Part shown: positions 49,819 to 62,848 of the stretch, one piece after another
Layout: each line of letters begins with the position of its first letter
Position numbering within the stretch: the stretch's first letter is position 1
NCBI RefSeq assembly: GCF_001194135.2
Contig: NC_069002.1
Coordinates: forward strand, 36,172,354-36,236,353
DNA from: Octopus bimaculoides
Lineage: Eukaryota
Length of the DNA stretch: 64,000 bases
Direction: 5' to 3'
Position numbers and translations under genes: made by a program
The notes under the pieces: generated by a model
Databases searched by the model: none
Told to the model about the DNA's origin: nothing
Seen by the model: only the letters and a program-made list of their open reading frames with translations

Positions 49819-51795
49819 AAGAAAATGGAAATTTTAAGGTAAAACTTATTCTCTATAGCGTGTTTTATTTGCTAATAGGAATTACAAAGATCTACATGAG
49901 CGATAAGTATGAATATATATTGTAATAATGGAATAAGCATATTTGCTTCAACAGCAAAGAATTGGGGTTTACCCTATATACCTATATAATGTGTTTGTAT
50001 ATGTATGCATACATATGTAAATATGTGTGTATATGTATGCATATGTATGTGTATATATATGCATATATACTTACATATGAATGTATACATACATAGATAC
50101 ATACATATATGTGTGTATATATGCGTGTGTAGGTGTATGTGTCTGCGTACGTGTGTGTGTGTGTGTATGTGTTTGTGTATGTGTGTCTGTGTGAGTCTAA
50201 TTGAAACTCATGTCCGTCCGTTGACGTTGAAGGATTCCAATGTAAACTGACGCGTAAAATTGTTTCATTGTATTCTGCCAAAAAAAAAGTTTTCTTGTTG
50301 CGTTCATGTCACCAATCTCACGGGCTGGAATTACGACGTGGCTTGGCAACAAAACAGATGGGAATAAAATTTTGGTTAATCGCTAGAGATATTTGTCTGG
50401 AACGATCAATAAGAAAATGTCAACTAGAGACTCGAAGTTTAATTTGGCGAAGACGCAACCAGTTCTTCGGATTAAAGCACGTCTGAGTTAAAATCTTTTA
50501 CATGATTTTTCATCTTTAATGTGGTAAAGCCATACTCTTGCTTAGTTTCAAAAATCGATCGGTAATTTAATTTGTTATATTTAATAGGGGAAAGAAAGAC
50601 TCAAATGAATTGGTTTTAAAGTGAAACAAACAAGTTTTTCTACTGTAAGGCCTGACATTTTGGGAAAGGGAACAAGTCAGCCCAAGTGGTTAACTGGTAC
50701 TTTTTTTATTGACCACCAATGGGTGAAAGGTAAAGTCGACCTCGGCGGAATTTGAACTCAGAACGTAAAGCCGGAAGTAATACCGCTAAGCACTTTGAGC
50801 GTCATGTTATCGATTCTACTAACTCATCTTGAATGAAACAAAAAATAAAACATACCAACGCACACACTTACACATAGATACATGTACACACCACCACACA
50901 CATATACACACAGAAATATACAGCAAAATAGTTTTTATACTGCCTCCATCACTAATAAATATTTTTTAACAAGCTCATTGGATAATCGCGATACCAGCGC
51001 CTGTTCTGGCACCGTATTCCTGTATATCGTTGACAAGGAGATGAATCGCTGCTATTTCTATCGGTCGAGCGTCCATCGATGACGAGACCAAGGAACATCA
51101 AAATCACGTAATCTGGTGGTTTCGGCGCTGGAAGTCGTAGGGATTTATCTCCCCGCTAGCGATATAAACAATAGTGTATTTTGCATCAAAAGCCGATATG
51201 AGAATTTCTCACGTAGTAGCTACCACAGTATAGTGTGTTACGTTTAAGTGGGGATAAATATTAACTCACAGGAAAATAGTCCTGTTGTATAAAATGGTTA
51301 GAAAAATACTAAATCTGAAAGTTTCAGCCTGAGAAAGAATATGAGGACTTGAGGCGTACTAAAAACAGCATGAGTCACATCTCCCTCAAATCTCGAGTAC
51401 CTTAACGCCATATTGCCTTATAACATCCTAAATACACTACAACTGAAAGAAAAAAAAGACAGGAGTTAGGGATAAAATGCCTTTGAGCATACACCTGATC
51501 TGCCAGGGTTTCAAACAACAGCATCGTTATCATCAAGAATCAAAAGAACGGACTGAACGGCAGGAACAACTTCTAGAACGGTAAGAACATCATCGATATA
51601 GTGACTAAAATAACGACTACGGTAGCGTGCGACAAGCACAGCAACAACAACAAAAGCAATGAGAAGAATATATGCAATGAAAAAGATGATTGCCAAGTCG
51701 CAAAGAATTTCTTGTAAAAGAAAATGTTATTTCCAATTTTCTTACACACATGCAAACACACAGATGTATTTTTTCATTGATATACATATATCTGG

Positions 51796-51830
<35 letters not shown>

Positions 51831-52669
51831 ATGTGCGTATATAAAATGTGTGTGTGTTCGTGTGTACTACATCTGAAATGTCTCTGCTCTAGCAGCATGA
51901 TACAATATCGTGTAAGATATCGTAATTGCCTGCATGCTATGATGCAATAATGTTATTGAAAATATAAAGCTTAAAGAATCTCTTGAGCTCAATCGAAGGT
52001 TTCGTATTCCCTTTTCTTTGTCCTTTATTTCCAATTATAATCATCGTAGCATTTGCAGTATCGAGAATTATTGACAACAGTCACATATAGAGACCATATT
52101 TGATATGAGACATTAAGTTTTCTTATTATTGTGTGCATATATGCACACACACACGCATACATACACATACATCCTCATATGTAACCACCTACAGGGACTT
52201 GCTCGTTGTGTTTATGCTATTGAAACATCTAAGCTTTCATATTGTGTATTTTACTCTAAGAGCATAGAATTTGGACTGTTAAGAATTATGAGCTGTGGTA
52301 CTTCGAGAGTTAAAGAAAAGCAGATAAGAGTTCTATACGGAATTTTAAAATAGTGTAAATGTGTAAGAAAGGAAAAGAAAAACTCTAAGAAAATTCGTGA
52401 AAAATGTAATTTTGTGTGTTAATGTTGTTGTTACTGTTGTCGGCTCACTCCAAACCAATCATGATAATGAAGATCCATTATCATATCCGGTCTTGCGGTG
52501 AATATTAAATTGATCCCAGTGCTCAACCGGTACTTATTCTATTGACCCAGAAAGGGTGAAAGGCAAAGTCGACCTCGGCTGCATTTGATCCTAGAATACA
52601 AAGACGGACGAAATTACGCTATGTATTTCAGCCGGCGTGTAAACCATTCAGACAGCTCGCTGCCTTAGA

Positions 52670-55600
52670 TATCCAGAAATATATTGACCTTCCTTGTTCC
52701 CAAATCGTACCTTCAGGTAACAGAAAGACTAGGCTATTTCTAACAGGTGGAGTGACCACTTACAGGATCTCTCTTGTTGGCTCAATAAACTTGTGTGTCA
52801 TGAAAACTTGTGACTGCTGATGTTTTGATCGAGAGTGCATTCATTCAATTAAAAGCACGTTACTTTGGAATGGGTGATGTTAAAATCTGTCGCAATGAGG
52901 TCATGGATGTTTAATGGTTTGGATGAGTATTGCGGAAGGGGCAAAAACTCCTGGAATATGTCATATACGCGCAATACTTAGTTTTCATCTTCGATCTCAT
53001 TGATATCGTTTCTTATTTCTTTATTACCCACAAGGGGCTAAACATAGAGGGGGCAAACAAGGACAGACAAAGGGATTAAGTCGATTACATCGACCTCAGT
53101 GCATAATTGGTACTTAATTTATCGACCCCGAAAGGATGAAAGGCAAAGTTGACCTCGGCAGAATTTGAACTCAGAACGTAACGGCCGACGAAACACCGAT
53201 AAGCATATAGATGTGTGCATATTTTACTAAAGTTCATTTAAACTCTTCGTCACGGCATTACATGCTGCCCCATGAACAAATATCTATCTATCTTTCTTTC
53301 AATCTAGCTGTGTGTGTGCGTGCGTGTCTAAAATCCACTCACAATGCATCTGTGAAGAAGGAAAACACACGGTTGCAAATCAGACTTCCTAACCACGCAG
53401 TCATAACTAAGCGGATTTGTGAAGAGTGTGCACGTTAATAGGTGTATGTGTGTGTGTGTGAAGACATGCTTGTATATGTGAGTGTAGAATTGCGAGTATG
53501 CGCACGGGTGTTCTTATAATGTACGAACATATGTATGTACAAACGTGCATGTATCCATGCCATATGAATACATGTAATGTAATGTATGCGTGTGTGTATA
53601 ATCCTTCTGGAATATGGGTAACATTGGGAATGTTTTAGAAATCTTCACTCAGCCACCAATCGATTAGATTTCTACGAAGCGAGTCAGTTTGCTTTGACGT
53701 CGAGGAGAAAGTTCAGGCTCTCGCACGGGACTTGTTTTATGCAAACCTGAAATTACATGGCCCAAGGTACACAGAAGAATTTATACTCAGAGTATAAAAG
53801 TTATGGACGACACTCCTATTGAAGAAGACGGTCGATGGTTATACAATTTCTTGTTAAGCAACTACATAGGTAATCTATTTATAGTGGTCAAGTATTTATA
53901 CCATACATTACTTGATTCTATCCATCAGATCTTCTTTGCATGTACAGGTGTACGGTGGGCGGGGCGGGGTGGAGACACACCGGTGTGTGTGTGTGTTTAT
54001 AGCTAGAATATAATTTTCTCAAGAATTTCTCTTAGACGTTCTTTCTTTTCAAAGACTTTTGACGAGAAGTTCTCAAAATGTGGACAGCCGGGTTCAATAG
54101 CAGAGACTGACTTTTGATCTTTGTCCCCGTAAAAATATCTGATTTATTGTACTTGGCTCGGATTTTCTATATTATTCATGAGTTTTCAAGCAATATTTAC
54201 ATCTTGATTCTGGTACGTCTATGTTATGGCCGTCAGGACAATGAATCCGACTGATTGTATTGTGAATTGTTTTTGGTAACAATAGTGTATCTGATGGAAA
54301 TATTGTGCCCTACAGAAATATCTTGACAATAATTGACATTGTAAAAGATCCTTTCCTCATTGGTTTGACACAATCAATACTTTCTATCGCAAACTGGTTC
54401 GGAGGCATACTTTTCCCTTTTGTCCATCAACTAACTCATGTCCCTGAATAGCAAAGATGCAGCATTGTACTTGTGATGTGAGATACTTATCACAGATCCA
54501 TGAAAAGCTACTCTTTCTGCTAAAAGTTATTGATATCTTTTACGCTGTGGAATATATATATCAATGCTGATGAATTGATGAGTGTTTGTCATCTACTCTA
54601 TTAAGTAAATTTGTGTAGCTTCTTGAGACGCATGGAGTAGTTGTGCGCGCAGTTTTCCTATTCTGGAATTCTTCTACTCGCAAAAATTTAATGTTTTCGC
54701 GATTGTATAACCATCAGATCTAGGTGTTGTGTGAGCGATTCGATGCAACACTCAAACGTAGTTAGACCTGAACTTATGCTACGACCCACGACCCTACGAT
54801 TAACGCAGATGAGGTTAGCGACACTAACAAAGTCATTATTGATGTGTATTTCTTTAAAGGTATCTCAAATATTTGCTCCAGCATTGACACAGTGACAGTA
54901 GTAGAGCTTTGATCTTATTGAATACTGACAGTTCTAACATCGATGCGTTCCGAAATTTGTTGAAGTATTCCTTTGTCGCACCATTGTATGCAAAATTCTC
55001 ATAGATACCGAGACCTACGTTAGAAACAAGGGAGTTAGACAGGTTAATTGATATTCATATTCTGTGTCTGGTCAATAATCTACCTTCATTAACTACCAAA
55101 TACGAACAAATGTTGATATGAACTCCATTCCTGTGTCCTGTGAGTATTATAGTAGCCAACTCCATCTGTCTCTCGGTATGGAAAAACACTAAGTAAATAG
55201 AGCTTCCGGCCATTGATATAATCAATGGTTGTAATATTCATTATTGTTGCTCCTCGGCTGATACGAATCTGTAGGTTTGACGTTTCTCTGTCAGTGCTGA
55301 TTAATTATTCACTGTAAGAACGTACAGTTGTACTGATTAACTGTCACCTAGGAATATTCCTGTTGAAAATCTGATTCTATTAATAATTAGTGGAGTCGCT
55401 TCAATTCTTAGTGGCAGCACTGTTGAATTTATGTTATTCAAACTTTTGTTAGCATAGACTATGGCCATAGAAACCTTGGTCAGATACATTGCGAGAAAAA
55501 GCAGACCGCTTTTCAATGGTTGAGCTATATTCTTTTCTCACTTCCTTGGAGAACTTCGTTGATGCAGGAACAAATTTGGGCCACAAATTCACTCTTTCCC

Positions 55601-55980
55601 CCTAGTTTACTCACCAGTTACTATAATATCTTAAAGGAATATTGGAGAAGCAACTATGTGCAGTACATTCATCGCAAACATTTTACAGGTCTGCTACATA
55701 CGTCTCTATAGTCCTAGATACGAGCGTTAAATCTCGTGTATTTTCTTTAACAGGTGGACAGGGATTTACTGTTAAACATGAGCTCCCTATGCGAGTATAC
55801 GATTATACATTTGACAGATTTTCAACACTCATCAAGAATGTTTTGCTGGACACATTTCGTATATTAGATATTTGCACAATATTCGATCCGTAGTATTTTA
55901 GCTCTATCTTACTTGGTCATATTGCTTATTTACATTCAGTATTGACACCGACAATAATAGGCCATTCCGAATAGTATATA
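52670..55980 (-). pseudogene. decayed Toll-like receptor / LRR receptor pseudogene
   Basis: Minus strand, with many stops and frameshifts: LRR-like IFYNVNYCQDISVGHNI (54349-54299) and DIFTGTKIKSQSLLLN (from 54139), LRRCT-like PYTCTCKEDL (from 53955), then a hydrophobic stretch IGVSSITFIL*V*ILL. Weaker TIR-like traces, including WEQGRSIYFW near 52710-52675. Confidence 0.55.
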
Positions 55981-56699
55981 TGCATGCCGATATCTATCTA
56001 TCTATCTCTGCATATAAATAAACAAACACTCACATACACACATATACTAACACAAGATATAAATATTTATGACTTTCTAGCTTACGTGTTTAAATGTCTC
56101 TCCAACAGAAAAAAAGATCCCGTTTGTAAGAAGCAAGAATTTTTGATTGGTGTTTAATTATTTGAATTCTTTTTAAAAATAGAATTTGATCTCTCACAAA
56201 GAAACAAATAATTGTCGTTGGAATCTGGTATAACGAAGACTATACGCGATATATGTTGAAATTTTTACAGTTCCGCTAACGGATGACATTTAAGATGTGC
56301 GTGCTAAGGGTCCAGTAATGTCGACTGAAGACAGTTTTTTTTCTGATTAATTCTTAGATATTTTACTAAGATCGCTTAGTGCATCAATAATTTTTGACGT
56401 GAATGTGAATTTATAGAGAAAATTATTAACACAGCCGCGTGTACGAATAAGTAAATTGCATGAATATGAATTTATAATCAGATAAGACAAGCTATAATTT
56501 GAAATCAAAGATTACAGTTTTTTTCCGGTTCATACAACTATATAAGGTCTGTTACATTTGCAATTGGCGAAGTTTTAATGAGAATTTTCCACCAATAACT
56601 CTTCTTTTGATATAAGTTTAAAAATAGAAGCATGCCTGTATGTATGTGTATGCATGTATGTATATTCGTATTTGGCTTCCTCTTTTTAACTTTAGAATA

Positions 56700-57330
56700 A
56701 ATTTTAACCGGTCCCTAGTTGGTAGCAACCTTTTGAAGGGACGAATCTGATTCTAGCCATCATCCTCTAAACCTTCAGAAAGCCTTGCAGATGTTTATAA
56801 TCCCAGATATCGTGATTATTTGTTGCATATGAATTAAGGATTTGTATTTTCTCCCTAACAACCAAAGTTTAGCCATACTTTAGCCCAGACGGTTTGGCAT
56901 GTATCCTGCCTCTCCAATAATTGCATCCTGATGCTCTTTGATCAAGAATTCTATTCCTATCTCCGAGTACTTCTTCTTACGTGGCTTGTGTACACCGAGA
57001 AATCTTAGTATGGGCACCAGCTCCTCATTTTCATTGCATTAACTGAATACATCTATGCTTCTGTTTTGATCCACTTTGTCGAAAATCCTACCATTCACCG
57101 CATACGTATTCAGGTTCAAGATTAGTTGTAGGCAGCTTTCTATTTGGGCCAGTATCACTTGCTCTACCCGCAAGGTTTTCATACTTATTCATTTGTATGT
57201 GAGCATTTTTATTCTGCCTATTCTTCCAAATCTGACACTGGTTCATTCGCATCCAGATTTCTGTGAAACTTTCTTCTGAGAGCTCCATTTCCATGGACAT
57301 TTTAGTAGAGTCTTCGAGGGATTTCCTCTT
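56700..57330 (-). mobile_element. non-LTR retrotransposon 3' remnant (probably RLE type)
   Basis: Coding-like minus-strand composition with stops; segments such as ASDTGPNRKLPTTNL loosely resemble the AAQDQxLxT region upstream of the CCHC finger. Weak match. Confidence 0.4.
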
Positions 57331-59795
57331 CGTGGTAATACGTTTATTATAACTGATAAGTTAACTGGCTCCCATAGATTCGCATAAATGTAACGGTATC
57401 TTATAAATTTTAAATGCTGGGTTTTAAAAACACGGTTGATAAGACACCAAGATTATTACCAGTAAGAATGAAGAATATTTAAATAAATTGAGACTCACAT
57501 CGTCAGCCTGCGGAAAATGCTATTCTCTTATTCTATTTATATGCTAAGAATGAGTCTTGAAATTTAAGAAGACTTCAGGATAATCAAGATAACATCCTAG
57601 ATAATTAAAATGGCATGTAGTAACTTGGCAATAATAATAATAATAATAAATGGTTTCTAATTTTGGTAAATAGTTATGTTCTCCAGCCGGTTTCTACGAG
57701 GCAAAGTCGGACATCCAATATGCTAGAAAGAGGTCATCAATGACCCAACCACAAAGAAAAATAATGTTCTCTGTGGTCATCCCTTATACACGTGCAATAC
57801 AATTTTTTCTGAATTTTCAGATTTTTTTATATGCTAGGCCACTTGGTTTTAAATTAAATTAATANNNNNNNNNNNNNNNNNNNNNNNNNNNNNNNNNNNN
57901 NNNNNNNNNNNNNNNNNNNNNNNNNNNNNNNNNNNNNNNNNNNNNNNNNNNNNNNNNNNNNNNNNNNNNNNNNNNNNNNNNNNNNNNNNNNNNNNNNNNN
58001 NNNNNNNNNNNNNNNNNNNNNNNNNNNNNNNNNNNNNNNNNNNNNNNNNNNNNNNNNNNNNNNNNNNNNNNNNNNNNNNNNNNNNNNNNNNNNNNNNNNN
58101 NNNNNNNNNNNNNNNNNNNNNNNNNNNNNNNNNNNNNNNNNNNNNNNNNNNNNNNNNNNNNNNNNNNNNNNNNNNNNNNNNNNNNNNNNNNNNNNNNNNN
58201 NNNNNNNNNNNNNNNNNNNNNNNNNNNNNNNNNNNNNNNNNNNNNNNNNNNNNNNNNNNNNNNNNNNNNNNNNNNNNNNNNNNNNNNNNNNNNNNNNNNN
58301 NNNNNNNNNNNNNNNNNNNNNNNNNNNNNNNNNNNNNNNNNNNNNNNNNNNNNNNNNNNNNNNNNNNNNNNNNNNNNNNNNNNNNNNNNNNNNNNNNNNN
58401 NNNNNNNNNNNNNNNNNNNNNNNNNNNNNNNNNNNNNNNNNNNNNNNNNNNNNNNNNNNNNNNNNNNNNNNNNNNNNNNNNNNNNNNNNNNNNNNNNNNN
58501 NNNNNNNNNNNNNNNNNNNNNNNNNNNNNNNNNNNNNNNNNNNNNNNNNNNNNNNNNNNNNNNNNNNNNNNNNNNNNNNNNNNNNNNNNNNNNNNNNNNN
58601 NNNNNNNNNNNATATATATATATATATAGGTTTGTGTGTGTGTGTGTATATAAAGACACCAGCTGCAAGTGATTATCTGCAATCGATATATTCATCATTG
58701 TGTAGAATATATATTCTTTTCTGTTCTAGGCACAACGCCCGATATTTTAGGGGAGGGAGCGAGTCCATTAGATCGACCCCAGTACGCAACTGGTACTTAA
58801 TTTATCGACTCCGAAAGGATGAAAAGCAAAGTTGACCTCAGCGGAATTTGAACTCAGAACGTAAAGACGTGTGGAATATGTAATCATTATACTGTTGTTT
58901 CTCGTATTTTCTTGAATAATTACTGGATAAACGGTAACAAATACATGTCAATGACTTTTGAGATGTTTATGTTTTTATTAGAACTCACACCATTATATTC
59001 TTTATCTTGACCGCTAGAGATAGCAGCGACTCATCCCCCCTCTCGCCTGCGATATATAGAAAAACAGTGCCAGAACAGGCGCCGGTGTCGAGGTTAGCCA
59101 ATGAGCTTGTTAAAAAAGATATATTAGCCACAGATGCAAAATGCGAGCTTGTTTATATCATTAGCGGGGGGATAAATCTCCGCCATCTCCAGCACAGAAA
59201 CTACAAGATATTTGGGTTTACAGCTGTATCATAAATGAAAAACATAATCGCCGACGCCGACGCTAAAATGATAAAAAAGTTCGCGTGACATGGATTGAGA
59301 ATGTTATCAAAATTTCTCTGCTTGGCCTGTGTTGTCCAACTTGCATTGCAGATAACACTAGGCTGAAGAAAGTTCAGAGGAAATGAAGTGTGTTGTCGTT
59401 TGCATTGCAAAAGAAGTTGGAGAAGGTATCGACATGTAGGTCGCCAATAAAGAAAGGCTGCATTTTCGGGCAAAAAATATTTATGCTTTCAGTTGTAAAG
59501 ATTAATTACCTTGCCGATGTGACTGATGTATTGGACCCGTTTTTATCTGTACAATCAGTGAAAGAGGGTGACATTTACGTTCCATTAATTCTCAATTTGC
59601 CGCTTCTTTACTGACATCACGAATTTACAAGATATTTGGTGTGCATGCTCATAATAATAAGCTTTTGTAATCTAGAAAAGTCAGAGTTGCTTCCACAGGC
59701 ATGCACACATTTACTCTCTCTCTCTCTATATATATATACATATATATATATACATATATATACATACATATATATATACATATATATATATATAT

Positions 59796-60202
59796 CAGGG
59801 ACGTGCCGCCTGGGTAGGCAAGGTAGGCAGTACCTACCTTGAATAAAATAGATCGATAGCAGCATTTTTTTTTATGGCAGAATATGCACTCAATTCAATA
59901 AAGTTATGACGGATATTCTGATTACAATGCATAACCTGCAAAAGATTTTTTTTTTTGTAGATTAGTTGGGCATAATTCGCCCCTGCCTTTTAATCTCAGT
60001 AGTTAAGCTACGTATAATATTGCTGTAGTACACGTGCTGCGTGCATTCCTACAACAACGTTTTCTTTATGTGCTATAAAGGCAGAAGTAAATCTGTCTTC
60101 AGCTCAGTCGTACACCTGTGGTTTGCTTATCTTTTGTGTGTTTTACTACATAAAGATCACCAACTGCCTACCCTGAGTAATTACTGACGGCACACGTGTC
60201 TG
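59796..60202. mobile_element. MITE-like element with degenerate termini CAGGGACGTGCCG / CGGCACACGTGTCTG
   Basis: Inverted termini plus subterminal inverted GGGTAGGCA/TGCCTACCC; flanked by (TA)n on both sides. Confidence 0.55.
60074..60109 (+). promoter_or_regulatory. candidate core promoter: TATA box plus initiator
   Basis: TATAAAG at 60074 and TCAGTC at 60104-60109 (A at 60106, 32 nt downstream). Candidate donor TGA|GTAATT at 60177 would define a non-coding exon 1. Confidence 0.4.
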
Positions 60203-60249
<47 letters not shown>

Positions 60250-60251
<2 letters not shown>

Positions 60252-60486
60252 CGAAGCTTGCTGGAAAGTTCTTGGCTTTGGGTTAATAAAAATACGGAAG
60301 GATCAGTTAATTCTGATTTTATTCAACACATTCCACTCTCAGATTCACACAATTATTGCAGAAGTCCTTCGGTTTTCTTGAACCTTGTTGAAGGACTCGG
60401 AAGGTTGGGCCTCCAACCAAGCTTTTAAAACTTTTAAATCCAGGATACCCTGGAAGCCAGTAGCTTTTCAGCATCCCTTCGAACGT
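60250..60486. mobile_element. mariner-derived MITE
   Basis: 5' TACGAAGCTTGCTGGAAAGTTCTTGGCTT and 3' AAGCCAGTAGCTTTTCAGCATCCCTTCG are degenerate inverted repeats in a TA context. Confidence 0.75.
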
Positions 60487-60558
60487 ACATACATGCTTAC
60501 ATATATTGCCTATCTTCAATACCTTCTATTGTCGTTTCTTTATATTCACAGGTGCGTG

Positions 60559-60628
60559 ATGAAAACTATCATTGCTTTCTGTTTCTGCTTTTGCGTACTC
60601 ATTTCATACGCCTTGTCGTATAACGAAG
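60559..60628 (+). CDS. first coding exon of predicted small secreted protein (signal peptide)
   Basis: Acceptor TTTCTTTATATTCACAG (exon starts 60552), ATG at 60559, MKTIIAFCFCFCVLISYALSYNE, perfect donor AAG|GTAAGT, phase 1. Confidence 0.7.
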
Positions 60629-60744
60629 GTAAGTACACACAACTCCCTACTACTTTTTTATGTGTATGTGTGCGTGAAAGTGAAAAAGAGAGAGAGAGAA
60701 AGCGCTAATCAGAGGAAGGAAGGTATTGCATTGCTTCTTTTCAG

Positions 60745-60816
60745 ATTGCCGGATGGGGCTCTATATTCATGTCTTCAGTTTGAACCCCTCTGGGTTTTTG
60801 ATATATGGAAAGAAAA
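60745..60816 (+). CDS. second coding exon (phase 1-1)
   Basis: Acceptor TTGCTTCTTTTCAG and donor AAA|GTATGT after a 116-nt intron. In frame: DCRMGLYIHVFSLNPSGFLIYGKK. Confidence 0.65.
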
Positions 60817-61499
60817 GTATGTATAATTAAGGCAAATATTAAATTGCCATGGAGTTGTCTTAAATAATAGTAATAATAATGTTAATAATAATTCTTTCTA
60901 CTGGAAGCACAAGGCTTCAAATATGGGGAAAGGATTAAGTCGAATTCCATCGACCTCAGTGCGTTACTGGTACTTATTTAATCGACCCTGAAAGGATGAA
61001 AGGCAAAGTCGACCTCGGCGGAATTTGAATTCAGAATGTAAAAACGGACGAAATAGCGCAATGCATTTCACCTGGCGCGCTAACGATTTTGCCACCTCGA
61101 CGCCTTAACAACAACAATAAAAATTATAATAATAATAATAATGAGTTATAGAGGAAATAGGCATAAAACCTAGTTTAATGCAATTGCAGAGAGCATTATT
61201 ACTAGAGAAACTGTGGGCGTTACGCGATATATTAAGAAATGCTAGAGACGTTGCGATTACTTAAAATAAACTCAAATAAATTCGACGTTTATAGAATGCA
61301 AGGATATAATCTTAAAAGTTATGTTTTAAGAAATGCAGCACGTAATGAAGACAATACGCCTACACATACGCAAGAAGCTACTACCAAGGCTGTTTCGAAC
61401 CGTTATCATTACGCCCGTACTGGAGTCTTGTGCGCCTGAAGACGACTATGAGCCTTTCACAGATATTTGGTAATACCTGTTTTAAGGTGCTTTTGACTA

Positions 61500-61878
61500 T
61501 TGGTGTGAGCTTCAGAAATAAGGTGGATGAGGAATTTTTTCCCAACCAAGCTCTTCGATCTTGTGTGATGTGATCTTTGCAGTGTGGGGCCGCGCATTGT
61601 CCTGATGAAACATCACTCCTTTTCGATTCACTAAAGCGGATAATTTTTTCTTCAAAGCTTGGTTCAAACGCTCTAATTGCTGACAGTAGACTTGAACATT
61701 GATTGTTGCATTAGGTGGTAACAATTCAAAGTGAATTACTCCTTTGCAGTCCCACCAGATAGAGAGAAGAACCTTTTTCCTATGAAGTTCCCTTCTTGGT
61801 TGTGGTTGAGCTTTTCCGTTTTACCAAGCCACTGTTTACGATGTTTAACATTTCAATAGAAGATCCATTTTTCATCCT
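61500..61878 (-). mobile_element. mariner transposase catalytic-domain remnant
   Basis: DEKWIFY*NVKHRKQW..KKVLLSIWWDCKGVIHFELLPPNATINVQVYCQQLERL..VMFHQDNARPHTAK..LGWEKIPHPPY. Cut at the DEKW motif by a SINE B copy (61878-62030, +). Confidence 0.92.
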
Positions 61879-62394
61879 AAGTTCAAATTCCGCAGAGGTC
61901 GACTTTGCCTGTCATTCCTTTCGAGATCGATCAAATAAGCACCAGTTGAGCAATGGAGTCTTGATGTAATCGATTAGCCTCTTCATGAGAAATTACTGGA
62001 CTTGTTACAAAATTTGAAACCAATACCTGATACAAAAATATTGTGGATAAGATTCCAAAGTTTGAAAATCTCGGGGAGAAATATTAGTTGAAGTTATTAG
62101 TGTGGAACCTGAGAGGGAAAGGGGTGAGAAAAGTAGAGCCGGATGTGTCGGGTTAACATGAGTGAAGTTGAGTGTTGTGTTAACTTGAGAGAAGATGCTT
62201 CGCGACTAACGACTGTAGAAGAGCATGTCATTGCAGGAACTGAAGATTATGCATAGAGAGAGGGGGAAGAGAGAGAGAGAGAGAGGATGCAGCACATCTG
62301 TGGGGTCTATGGGTCAGAAGTTTTTATAGTGTGGTGGTGAGTATGTTTATAGGAATGACACATATTTAATAGATGTATTCTCTATTGAGATTAT

Positions 62395-62620
62395 CGTAAG
62401 GCGGTGAGCTGGCAGAATCGTTAGCAAGCCGGGCAAAATCATAGCGGCATTTCGCCCGTCGTTACGTTCTGAGTTCAAATTCCGTCGAGGTCGACTTTGC
62501 CTTTCATCCTTTCGGTGTCTATAAATTAAGTACCAGTTGCGTACTGGGGTCGATCTAATCGACTGGCCACCTCCCTCCAAAATCTCAGGCCCTGTGCATA
62601 TAGTAGAAAGGATTATTATT
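62395..62620 (+). mobile_element. SINE family B, well preserved (partial copy follows at 62645-62715)
   Basis: TAAGGCGGTGAGCTGGCAGAATCGTTAGC...GAGTTCAAATTCCGTCGAGGTCGACTTTGCCTTTCATCC...(ATT)n tail. Confidence 0.92.
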
Positions 62621-62765
62621 ATTATTATCATTATTATTATTATTATTGGGATCGATGTAATCAACTTATCTCCTCTGAAAAAATTTCTGGCCTTGTGCCA
62701 AAATTGGAAACCAATACTGGGATTGCTGATCCTGCAACCGTCATGAAATTCATTCTATCCAACAG

Positions 62766-62848
62766 ACATTAGTGGAATTAAATCAATAAACCAAGAGATC
62801 GATATTAGAAGATATATTGAAATCAACAACTACATCAGTCCCTGTTGA
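62766..62848 (+). CDS. candidate terminal coding exon
   Basis: Acceptor TTCATTCTATCCAACAG. The phase-1 frame is open as NISGIKSINQEIDIRRYIEINNYISPC*. Acceptor is moderate and no nearby AATAAA was seen downstream. Confidence 0.45.

Noticed and set aside
61150-61265. IEEIGIKPSLMQLQRALLL.. resembling an RLE-LINE C-terminus
   Set aside because: Too short and degenerate to list as a feature.
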